Part shown: positions 33,624-42,083 of the stretch, piece after piece
How positions within the stretch are numbered: position 1 is the stretch's first letter
How the letters are laid out: each line of letters opens with the position of its first letter
From: Alphaproteobacteria bacterium
GTDB taxonomy: Bacteria; Pseudomonadota; Alphaproteobacteria; Methylaequorales; Methylaequoraceae
DNA: 64,000 bases
Direction: 5' to 3'
Assembly (NCBI GenBank): GCA_045563025.1
Contig: JBJKUS010000008.1
Span: forward strand, 282,464-346,463
Program-made: the position numbers and the translations under genes
Notes under the pieces: generated by a model
The model's database searches: none
What the model saw: only the letters and a program-made list of their open reading frames with translations
Told to the model about the DNA's origin: nothing

Positions 33624-33878
33624 ATGAATGAATCAATAATATATCAAAAACTTACTGATTTTTTTTTACCACAGCATTTAGAGATAATAAATGAATCTCA
33701 TAAACACCAAGGGCATTCAGGAAGTCCAAATACAGGAAATTCACATTTTTCAGTAGTTATAAAATCAAAGAAATTAAATAATGTTAGTAAATTGGTTGGT
33801 CAAAGAATGATATATAAGGTACTAAGTGAAGAAATGAAAAAAAATATACATGCATTGTCAATTAAAATAATTGATTAA
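33624..33878 (+). CDS. bolA: BolA-family protein
   Basis: INESHKHQGH, SHF, QRMIY, IHALSI; start moved to ATG 33624. Confidence 0.9.
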   Translation: MNESIIYQKLTDFFLPQHLEIINESHKHQGHSGSPNTGNSHFSVVIKSKKLNNVSKLVGQRMIYKVLSEEMKKNIHALSIKIID

Positions 33879-34345
33879 CTACCATAGCCAGTGCCAAACA
33901 TAAATTCTTGATGTTTTTTTAAAGAATCTTGAAGTTCATTATTAGCATAATCATAAAGATCCCTCATAGATAGTATTCCAATTATTTTCTTTTTTTCTAA
34001 AACTGGTAGGTGCCTAAATCCTTTTGATTTCATAACTTGTATTGCATCAAAAGTGGTTTTAGTGGGTTGAATGGTTTCAACATTTTTTGTCATTATTTTT
34101 GAAACCTTTGTTTTTTTTGGATCAAGATTCTTTGGAATAACTCTGAAAGTCAAATCTCTCTCAGAAATTATACCCATCAAAGTGTCTTCATTTTTATGAT
34201 CACAAACAAGCAAAGCTCCACATCTATTTTCCAACATGCTTACTGCAGCTTCGTATGCAGAGGAATTATGATCAATAATCACAAGTCTCTGATTGATTAA
34301 AACTTTTTCAAATAAATCTCTTATAACCAAAAATAATCTCCCCAT
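33875..34345 (-). CDS. CBS-domain pair protein
   Basis: GIISERDL, IMTKNV, FRHLPV, GILSMRDL. Confidence 0.88.
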   Translation of the reverse strand: MGRLFLVIRDLFEKVLINQRLVIIDHNSSAYEAAVSMLENRCGALLVCDHKNEDTLMGIISERDLTFRVIPKNLDPKKTKVSKIMTKNVETIQPTKTTFDAIQVMKSKGFRHLPVLEKKKIIGILSMRDLYDYANNELQDSLKKHQEFMFGTGYGS

Positions 34346-34374
34346 CTTTGATTATAATATTTTTTTTTTGAAAG

Positions 34375-35655
34375 TTAAATTTTTTTTTTCGTTATTTTTA
34401 TTAATTTTAGTTGGTTATTAGATTTTGCTAAAATTTCAAATTTTAGGTCAAAAAATGAAAAAACCTGTTTTGCTTTTGGAATTGTTCTGCTTTCGTAAAG
34501 TACTAAGCCGGCAACAGTGGATATATTATTACTTATAGGAAGGTTAATATTTAGTTCTTTGTTTAAATCTCTAATGTTTACATCGCCTTTAACTAGAAAG
34601 CTGCTTGATGACAAAGGTTTAATACCCCTAAGTTTCTTAGAAATCTTAAGCACGTCCTGTTCATCATCAATATCACCTACAATTTCCTCAATAATATCCT
34701 CAAGTGTTATGATACCCAAAAATTCGCCATATTCATCAACTACAATTGAAAAGTGTTCTTTTTTTTTTTTGAATTCCATTAACTGATTGTCGAGTTTTGT
34801 TGATTCTGGGATGAACCAGGGTTTTTGGCATAATGATTTAATATTAAAGTTTTTTGGGTCTGTTTTCTTAAGACTCAGGATTCTTCTAACATGAAACACT
34901 CCTATTATATTCTCAGGATTCTTTTCCCATACTGGTATTCTAGAGTGCGGAGACTCATCAAGTTTTTCAATAAGATCATTATAATTAATTTTTGCTGGTA
35001 AACTAAAAATATCTTTTCTTGGTACCATAATTGAGCCTACAGTAATTTCATCTAGATCAAGTATAGATTTCAACATATTTTTTTCATCACCTGAAGAATC
35101 CTGACCATGTAAATCAATTGCACCTCTGAGTTCCTCTTCCCTTTTTTCAGAAATCTCTTCTTTTTTAAATGATGAGTAATTTACACCAACTAATTTTAAT
35201 AAAATAGAAACAAGAAAGTTTAAGGTTATCGTTAAGGGATATAATAAAATAACTAAAAATTTCATAAAAGGCGCAATTTTAAGTGCGTAATTATCTGCTT
35301 TAGAGAGTGCCAGAGTTTTTGGAATTAATTCTCCAAATACCAAAATCATTAATGTCATTATTATTGTTGCATATAATATTCCGTCTGTATTAGTAAGTTC
35401 AATTAGCATTTTTGTTGCTAGTGCTGATGCTAAAACATTTACTAAATTATTTGCAAACAAGATTGTACAGATCAATAGTTCTTTGTTTTTGAATAGATAT
35501 TCAAAAATCTTGGCATTCTTCTTCCCAGTTTTTGCTAAGTTATGCATTCTTGGTTTTGAAGCAGAGGTCAATGAAGTCTCTGATCCTGAAAAAAAAGCCG
35601 AAAGTATGACAAGCCCAACTATTGAGCCAATTAATATATGTATTGGAATATCCAT
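34375..35655 (-). CDS. HlyC/CorC (CNNM-CBS-CorC) Mg2+/Co2+ transporter
   Basis: SAFFSGSET, FGELIPKT, IMVPR, HSRIPV, VVDEYG, LEDIIEEIVGDIDDE. Confidence 0.92.
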   Translation of the reverse strand: MDIPIHILIGSIVGLVILSAFFSGSETSLTSASKPRMHNLAKTGKKNAKIFEYLFKNKELLICTILFANNLVNVLASALATKMLIELTNTDGILYATIIMTLMILVFGELIPKTLALSKADNYALKIAPFMKFLVILLYPLTITLNFLVSILLKLVGVNYSSFKKEEISEKREEELRGAIDLHGQDSSGDEKNMLKSILDLDEITVGSIMVPRKDIFSLPAKINYNDLIEKLDESPHSRIPVWEKNPENIIGVFHVRRILSLKKTDPKNFNIKSLCQKPWFIPESTKLDNQLMEFKKKKEHFSIVVDEYGEFLGIITLEDIIEEIVGDIDDEQDVLKISKKLRGIKPLSSSSFLVKGDVNIRDLNKELNINLPISNNISTVAGLVLYESRTIPKAKQVFSFFDLKFEILAKSNNQLKLIKITKKKI

Positions 35656-36770
35656 TAATCTTTAGTTAAATTTTGTTTAAGAAAATCTTCAAGTACTTTT
35701 TCATTTTTTAAAATATATCCAATTGGTCTGGCAAAGTCTTTAAGTAGTATAAATTTCAAGTAAGAATTTTTTATTTTTTTATCAAATTTTATGTGCTTAA
35801 TAAAATCTGTATACGACATCTTTATTTCATAGTCTTCTAGATTATGCGGTATTTTCAGATCTTTGAGATGATCTGTAAAATCATCAATTAAGTGATTAGA
35901 ACATAGACCAAGAAATTTTGAGAATTTTAAAGCGAAATGCATTCCTATAATAACCGCTTCACCGTGCAATATTTTTTCTGAAAACCCTGTAAATGATTCA
36001 ATTGCATGTCCAAATGTGTGTCCAAAATTAAGTATTTCCCTTACGCCTTTTTCATATTCATCTTTGGACACTATATTTGCTTTAATTCTACAACTTTTTT
36101 CAATAGATTCTATAGTTTCTTTTGGTTTAAGACGGATAATTCTTTTCCCATTTTTTTTTAAAAAATTAAAAAAGGATTTATCATATATAAAGGCATATTT
36201 TAAAATTTCTGCATAGCCAGCAATAACTTGTCTTTTATCAAGGGTTTGCAGAGTATCTGTAGAAATGAGAACAGCTTTGGGTTGATTAAAAGTTCCAATC
36301 AAATTTTTACCATATTTGGAATTAATGGCAGTCTTACCGCCAACAGAGCTATCAACTTGTGCAAGTAAGGTTGTTGGCACTTGGATAAAATCTATTCCTC
36401 GTAAAAGAAGATTAGCAGTTAAACCTACTATGTCCCCTATAACACCTCCACCAAAACATATGATTATAGCATTTCGATCAATTTTGGCTTTTAAAATTTT
36501 TTCACACAAGTTTTGTAAATTAGCAAAACTTTTTGTTTTTTCACCAGGTGGTAAAATAACCTTTATTATTTTCATATTTGAGAGATTTCTGAATACTTTG
36601 AAAAAAAATGGTATTTTCTTGTTAACAACTTTATCAGTAACCACTATGACTTTTGAATATGAACCTATCTTTTTAAGATATTTTAGTAAGATTGATTCTA
36701 AATTTTCCCCGATTAATATAGGGTAACTTCTTTCGTTTAAATTAACTTTGATTGTTTTAAAATTTATCAT
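35655..36770 (-). CDS. aroB: 3-dehydroquinate synthase
   Basis: GGGVIGD, PTTLLAQVDSSVGGKT, LNFGHTFGHAIE, HGEAV. Confidence 0.96.
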   Translation of the reverse strand: MINFKTIKVNLNERSYPILIGENLESILLKYLKKIGSYSKVIVVTDKVVNKKIPFFFKVFRNLSNMKIIKVILPPGEKTKSFANLQNLCEKILKAKIDRNAIIICFGGGVIGDIVGLTANLLLRGIDFIQVPTTLLAQVDSSVGGKTAINSKYGKNLIGTFNQPKAVLISTDTLQTLDKRQVIAGYAEILKYAFIYDKSFFNFLKKNGKRIIRLKPKETIESIEKSCRIKANIVSKDEYEKGVREILNFGHTFGHAIESFTGFSEKILHGEAVIIGMHFALKFSKFLGLCSNHLIDDFTDHLKDLKIPHNLEDYEIKMSYTDFIKHIKFDKKIKNSYLKFILLKDFARPIGYILKNEKVLEDFLKQNLTKD

Positions 36771-37290
36771 AATTATTGAGTTTTTTAACTATCCTAGAAA
36801 CGACATCAGCAGCAGAAAGTCCATCAACTGTGATCTTAATGTTTGCCTGATTATAGCCAGAAATTCTCCTTTTATACATTATTTCTAGATTTTCTTTTAA
36901 ATTTTTTTTTTTTAGCTTTGGTCTGTTCTTTAAGTTGTATTTTAGTCTTTCAACTAGATTGGATATTTTAATATCTAAAAAAATACTAAGACTATTAGTT
37001 TGAATTGATGAAATTATTTCATTATCAGACAAGATCCCTGCACCAGTCGAAATAACAGATTTGTTTGTATTACTCAGCGATTTCAAAAATACTTTTTTTT
37101 CTAACTTCCTAAATTCATTTTCACCGTATCGACTAAATAAGTCATAAACTTTTAAATTTGACTCTTTCTCAATTTCGTAGTCTATATCTATGAATTTAGC
37201 TTTGATAACTTTCGATAAAAATTTCCCAATTGTTGTTTTTCCAACTCCGGTCATTCCTAACATAACTATATTATTTTTTCTTAAATTCAT
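36757..37290 (-). CDS. aroK: Shikimate kinase
   Basis: GMTGVGKTT, DID, GENEFRKLE, STGAG. Confidence 0.92.
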   Translation of the reverse strand: MNLRKNNIVMLGMTGVGKTTIGKFLSKVIKAKFIDIDYEIEKESNLKVYDLFSRYGENEFRKLEKKVFLKSLSNTNKSVISTGAGILSDNEIISSIQTNSLSIFLDIKISNLVERLKYNLKNRPKLKKKNLKENLEIMYKRRISGYNQANIKITVDGLSAADVVSRIVKKLNNYDKF

Positions 37291-37366
37291 TTACGATGTA
37301 TGTTAACTTAAATAATTAATGTATAATCTGAATAGTATTCTTTTACAAATATGATAATAGCAAATT

Positions 37367-37501
37367 ATGAATAAGATAATTTTAAAAATTTTAATTTCTT
37401 TTGCAATTGCCTTTGTTTTTTTCTTAATTTATCTAGGTTCTACTGACTTTATGATCAAACCTAAAGTTGTTGAGAGTGAGTTTAAAATTGATAAGAATTA
37501 G
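37367..37501 (+). CDS. 44-aa single-TM small protein (below the ORF-track cutoff)
   Basis: MNKIILKILISFAIAFVFFLIYLGSTDFMIKPKVVESEFKIDKN; heads the transcription unit divergent from aroK. Confidence 0.65.
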   Translation: MNKIILKILISFAIAFVFFLIYLGSTDFMIKPKVVESEFKIDKN

Positions 37502-39155
37502 TATTATACTTTTTTTTGTACTATTATTCTTTGGGTCTTTAGAGGCAAATCAGATTATCTTTGAAAAAAATGTAAAAGATAATGATTTTGATAGTGGAGA
37601 ATATATTTCTGAAATAGGGGAACAAAATGAACCCATCTTTCTGAATATCTTTAATCAAAAAAACTACAAAGATATAAAAAATTTTTTGGCCTTTATTCCC
37701 TCAAAAAATTTTAATCCTGTTATACAAGATTTAATTTTTAGATTTTTAAAATCTAAAAAATTAATTGACAGAAATTTTGTTTCAATAGAGGAAGATCAGA
37801 AAATTTTTGAATTGTACATTAATCAACTTTTTGAAACAGGAAGGATTAATGAAATAGAACTTTTTTATTCTCAATATCCAAATCTTAAAGATAACGAATT
37901 TATATTAAAAAAAATGATTGAAGGTAATCTTTTGAGAAACAGACACAATGAAGCTTGTAAAATTTTGGATAATAAATCTGATAAAGTCCCAGAACTTTTT
38001 GGAAAGATTCTTATCATTTGTGATATTATAAATAATAGGTTTGATGAGGCAAAGCTTGGACTTCTTCTTTTAAAAGAAAGAAATGAACCAGGTGATCTTT
38101 TCTTTATTGATCTTGCATATTCATTAATGAGCGATAAATCAATATCAGAAGAAGAAGGCTTGAAAAAAAAACTTAATGAAGTTAAGTCTCTTAACCCAAT
38201 AATTATGTCTTCTTTGCAATTTGCTGATATTTCTCCTAATTATGAGCAAATTGATAGTCTTAGTATCAGCGGTTTGCTATCGATTCTCTCAAATCCAACT
38301 GTTGAGACAGATTTAAAGGTATTTTGTTCGGAAATATTGGTAAAACAACAACGGATTGAAATTGATATGTTATCTCAGGCCTATCAGTTATCAAGATTTA
38401 AAAGCAGTGAAATTGAAAATTCATTAAAGATTTACAAAACTCTCTCACCAGCAAAAGCTAGACCACTCCTTTATCAGTCCATACTGAAAGAAAAAAATGT
38501 AGACGTAAGACTTAAAAAAATTATTGCTATACTCAAAATCTCTAAAATAGATAATATGTTTAGACCGATATCCATTTTGGTTTCAGAACTTATACCAAAG
38601 GAAATTGTACCTAATTCTAATGAAGAACTTCTCTTACTTTCAAGAATGTATCAATCAAAAAAAAATTTTTTGAAAGCATTTGAATTACTTGAGTTAGCTG
38701 ATGAAAAAACCCTTCAGTCAGAGGTTCTTCTCAGAAAAATCTCATTATCGTTAAATCAATCACTCACAAATGGTTTTGTTGATGAAGAACAAATCTTTTC
38801 AAATCTAAAGAAAGTTAATGAGAATGGGAAATTTGATTCAGAAAAACTTAAAAAGATTTTAATAATAATCATTCTGAACACCGAATTACCACAAACTTTG
38901 ATTGATGTTATTTCAAATTTGAAACTAAAAGCTAATGATAAAAGCTTTGATTTTAACTTTCAAGATTTTCTTTTAGCTGAAAAGCTATCAAGTAAAAAAG
39001 ATGTCTATAATTCTCTGAGAATTTTTTTTAAGATTAATTTAAACAAAGATTTTCAGGAGTTAAATATGTTTGACACATATAGATCATTAAAGGTTTTAAA
39101 AAACTTAGAGTTGAATGAATATTTTAAACAATTATCAGAGCATATACTTCAATGA
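37467..39155 (+). CDS. Exported alpha-helical hypothetical protein upstream of xerD
   Basis: 562-aa ORF with a signal-peptide-like N-terminus (true start perhaps TTG near 37488); stop overlaps the xerD start. Confidence 0.75.
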   Translation: MLRVSLKLIRISIILFFVLLFFGSLEANQIIFEKNVKDNDFDSGEYISEIGEQNEPIFLNIFNQKNYKDIKNFLAFIPSKNFNPVIQDLIFRFLKSKKLIDRNFVSIEEDQKIFELYINQLFETGRINEIELFYSQYPNLKDNEFILKKMIEGNLLRNRHNEACKILDNKSDKVPELFGKILIICDIINNRFDEAKLGLLLLKERNEPGDLFFIDLAYSLMSDKSISEEEGLKKKLNEVKSLNPIIMSSLQFADISPNYEQIDSLSISGLLSILSNPTVETDLKVFCSEILVKQQRIEIDMLSQAYQLSRFKSSEIENSLKIYKTLSPAKARPLLYQSILKEKNVDVRLKKIIAILKISKIDNMFRPISILVSELIPKEIVPNSNEELLLLSRMYQSKKNFLKAFELLELADEKTLQSEVLLRKISLSLNQSLTNGFVDEEQIFSNLKKVNENGKFDSEKLKKILIIIILNTELPQTLIDVISNLKLKANDKSFDFNFQDFLLAEKLSSKKDVYNSLRIFFKINLNKDFQELNMFDTYRSLKVLKNLELNEYFKQLSEHILQ

Positions 39156-40066
39156 TTGAGAATAATAGAAATCTTGTTGAAGGTTACATAGAATATTTAT
39201 TTGCAAATAAGAATTTATCAAAAAATACAATACTATCTTATAAGGATGATTTAAAAAAATTTATAAGTTTTATTGAACAGAATGACTTAAAGAAATTAGA
39301 GAATAATATTATTCAAAATTATGTTAAATTTTTATCAAAGAATTTTTCACCTAAAAGTCACAGCAGAAAACTATCTTCCCTGAAGGCTTTTTTTAATTAT
39401 CTTTTTGATCTTAAGTTGGTAAATAAAAATCCTATTGCAGATGTTGATTTCCCAAAGATTACTAAAACGATTCCTAAATTGTTATCAGAGAAGGAAATTT
39501 TTACTTTATTGGAAAGAACCTACAATGATTCATCATTCAAAGGATTAAGGATGTCAGTTATGATGGAAATATTATATGCAACTGGGATCAGAATTTCTGA
39601 ATTAGTGGAGATAAAAAACGGTGATCTAAGTGAAGATTTTTCATCAGTACTTATAAAAGGTAAAGGTGGAAAACAGCGAGTTGTTCCATTATTTGGAAAA
39701 GTCAAAGAGGTTTTAAAAAAATATTTGTTTGAAAAACGACATTTTAACACCAAGGGTAGCTTTTTGTTTCCATCTAACTCTAAGTTTGGTCATATTACTA
39801 GACATCGGTTTTTTCAATTATTAAAAAAACTTTCTTTAGAATGTGGTATTAACGTTTCAAAAGTTTCACCACACACGATAAGACACTCTTTTGCCTCACA
39901 TCTTCTGGAAAGGGGTGTTGATTTGAGGATTATTCAAGAGTCACTTGGTCATAAAGATATCTCAACAACACAAATTTATACTCATATCCAATCAAAAAAA
40001 ATTAGAAAAATTTTGGAGGAAAAACATAGTATAAGAAATGATTTAAAAAAATTAATAAAAATTTAG
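39152..40066 (+). CDS. xerD: Site-specific tyrosine recombinase XerD
   Basis: LYATGIRISE, GKGGKQR, PHTIRHSFASHLL, LGHKDISTTQIYTH; chromosomal aroK-xerD-accA context. Confidence 0.9.
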   Translation: MIENNRNLVEGYIEYLFANKNLSKNTILSYKDDLKKFISFIEQNDLKKLENNIIQNYVKFLSKNFSPKSHSRKLSSLKAFFNYLFDLKLVNKNPIADVDFPKITKTIPKLLSEKEIFTLLERTYNDSSFKGLRMSVMMEILYATGIRISELVEIKNGDLSEDFSSVLIKGKGGKQRVVPLFGKVKEVLKKYLFEKRHFNTKGSFLFPSNSKFGHITRHRFFQLLKKLSLECGINVSKVSPHTIRHSFASHLLERGVDLRIIQESLGHKDISTTQIYTHIQSKKIRKILEEKHSIRNDLKKLIKI

Positions 40067-40130
40067 GTTGAGTTTCTTTGTAATTTCTATATTAAAATTA
40101 CATTGCTTAAATATAAGAAATGAGGAAATT

Positions 40131-41108
40131 ATGAGTTTTAAAATTATCGAACAAGCAAAGCCTAGACTTAACAGGAGTGAACTAGCAGTACCTGGAAGCA
40201 ACCCTTCCCTTTTTGAAAAGGCAGCTAAAAGCAACGTAGATGTAATTTTTCTTGATTTAGAGGATGCAGTTGCACCTGACGAAAAAGAACAAGCCAGAAA
40301 AAATATTATTGAAGCCTTAAATGATATCAATTGGAATACAAAAACTATGTCAGTCAGAATTAATGGTCTAGATACTCACTTTATGTATAGAGATGTTGTG
40401 GATCTCATAGAAAAGGCACCTGGGAAACTTGATTTGATAATGATACCGAAAGTTGGCACAATTTCAGATGTATATGCAGTTGATATGCTTTGTACTCAAG
40501 CGGAGGACGCTATGGGTCTTGAAAAAAGAATTGGATTTGAGTTGATAATAGAGACAGCGTTAGGAATGCAAAATGTAAATGAGATAGCATCATATTCCAG
40601 GAGATTAGAGTCCTTACATTTTGGTGTTGCTGATTATGCTGCTTCAACAAAAGCAAAAACTACTGTAATCGGTGGACCAAACCCAAACTATCATGTATTA
40701 ACAGATAAAGACGGAGATAAACCTAGAGACAAACACTGGGGTGATATGTGGCATCATGCGGTATCAAAAATGGTTATTGCAGCAAGAGCAAATGGTTTGA
40801 GACCGATAGATGGTCCTTTTGGTGACTTTAACGATCCTGATGGATATATAGCTCAGGCGAATAGATCTGCTACTTTGGGTTGTGAAGGTAAATGGGCAAT
40901 TCACCCTAGTCAAATAGATCTAGCAAATCAAGTTATGAGTCCGTCAGAAAAAGAGGTAAATCAAGCAAAAAGAATTTTAGAGGCAATGGAACAAGCAAAA
41001 AAAGATGGCAAAGGAGCCGTCTCTCTTGATGGAAGATTAATAGACATTGCATCCATTAGACAAGCTGAAGTACTAGTCGAAAAAGCAAAACTTATAGAAG
41101 GGAAGTGA
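40131..41108 (+). CDS. mcl: Malyl-CoA/beta-methylmalyl-CoA lyase (HpcH/HpaI-CitE family)
   Basis: RLNRSELAVPGS, FLDLEDAVAP, RINGLDTHFMYRDVV, LHFGVADYAAST, HWGDMWH, DGPFGDFND, EGKWAIHPSQ; GAGG RBS before ATG 40131. Confidence 0.88.
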   Translation: MSFKIIEQAKPRLNRSELAVPGSNPSLFEKAAKSNVDVIFLDLEDAVAPDEKEQARKNIIEALNDINWNTKTMSVRINGLDTHFMYRDVVDLIEKAPGKLDLIMIPKVGTISDVYAVDMLCTQAEDAMGLEKRIGFELIIETALGMQNVNEIASYSRRLESLHFGVADYAASTKAKTTVIGGPNPNYHVLTDKDGDKPRDKHWGDMWHHAVSKMVIAARANGLRPIDGPFGDFNDPDGYIAQANRSATLGCEGKWAIHPSQIDLANQVMSPSEKEVNQAKRILEAMEQAKKDGKGAVSLDGRLIDIASIRQAEVLVEKAKLIEGK

Positions 41109-41120
41109 TTTCTTAGCAAA

Positions 41121-42077
41121 ATGCAAAATTTTTTAGATTTTGAGAAGCCTTTGCTTGACATCCAAGCCAAAATGGAAGAGCTAAGACACTTAAAAGATAC
41201 AAGTGAAAATATTGCTAATGAGCTCAGTAATCTTCAGGATAAGTTTGACAAAAAATTGTATGAAATTTACGAGGATCTTACTCCATTTCAAAAAGTTAAA
41301 GTATGTAGACATCAAGATAGACCAAAATTTGATGACATAGTAGAAAAAATTTTTGATAAAGCTGAATATCTTTCAGGAGATAGGCTATATGCTGATGATA
41401 CTTCCTTAAAGGGCTGTTTAACAAAAATTGAAGATAAAAAATTTTTAGTTATTGGGAATGACAAAGGTAAGGATATCGATAGTAGAGTAAAAAATAATTT
41501 TGGAATGGCTAAACCTGAAGGTTATAGAAAAGCTCAAAGACTCTTTAAAATTGCTAGTAAGTTTAACATTCCTATAGTTACGTTTATCGACACCCCTGGA
41601 GCCTTTCCAGGTGTTGAAGCTGAGGACAGGGGGCAATCAGAAGCAATAGCTTCCTCAATAAAAAACTCTCTTAGTGTGAACTCACCCATTTTTTCCTTTG
41701 TGATTGGTGAGGGTGGCTCGGGTGGAGCAGTTGCAATGGGTATGGGTAATAAAGTAGTAATGCTAGAGCATTCAATTTATTCAGTTATTTCTCCAGAAGG
41801 TTGTGCATCAATTTTGTGGAGATCAATAAACCATTCTGAGAAAGCAGCAGAGAATCTAAAACTTACTGCTCAAGATTTATTTGAACTTGAGGTGATTGAC
41901 GAAATTATAAAGGAACCAATTGGAGGAGCACATAGAAATATTAATGAAACTTGTGAATTAATTAAGGAATGTCTTTTAAGATTCTCTCGAGAGTTTGAGA
42001 ATATGACATCTGATGAGATCGTTCTACACAGAGAAAAAAAATATTTAGAAATTGGAAAAAAGTTTTTAGAAAATTGA
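41121..42077 (+). CDS. accA: Acetyl-CoA carboxylase carboxyltransferase alpha
   Basis: LDFEKP, NFGMAKPEGYRKA, DTPGAFPG, GEGGSGGA, YSVISPEGCASILW. Confidence 0.96.
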   Translation: MQNFLDFEKPLLDIQAKMEELRHLKDTSENIANELSNLQDKFDKKLYEIYEDLTPFQKVKVCRHQDRPKFDDIVEKIFDKAEYLSGDRLYADDTSLKGCLTKIEDKKFLVIGNDKGKDIDSRVKNNFGMAKPEGYRKAQRLFKIASKFNIPIVTFIDTPGAFPGVEAEDRGQSEAIASSIKNSLSVNSPIFSFVIGEGGSGGAVAMGMGNKVVMLEHSIYSVISPEGCASILWRSINHSEKAAENLKLTAQDLFELEVIDEIIKEPIGGAHRNINETCELIKECLLRFSREFENMTSDEIVLHREKKYLEIGKKFLEN

Positions 42078-42083
42078 TTTTTA

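Noticed and set aside
39152-40066. Tyrosine recombinase as a prophage or island integrase
   Set aside because: XerD motifs, housekeeping context, and no att repeats, adjacent tRNA or cargo genes
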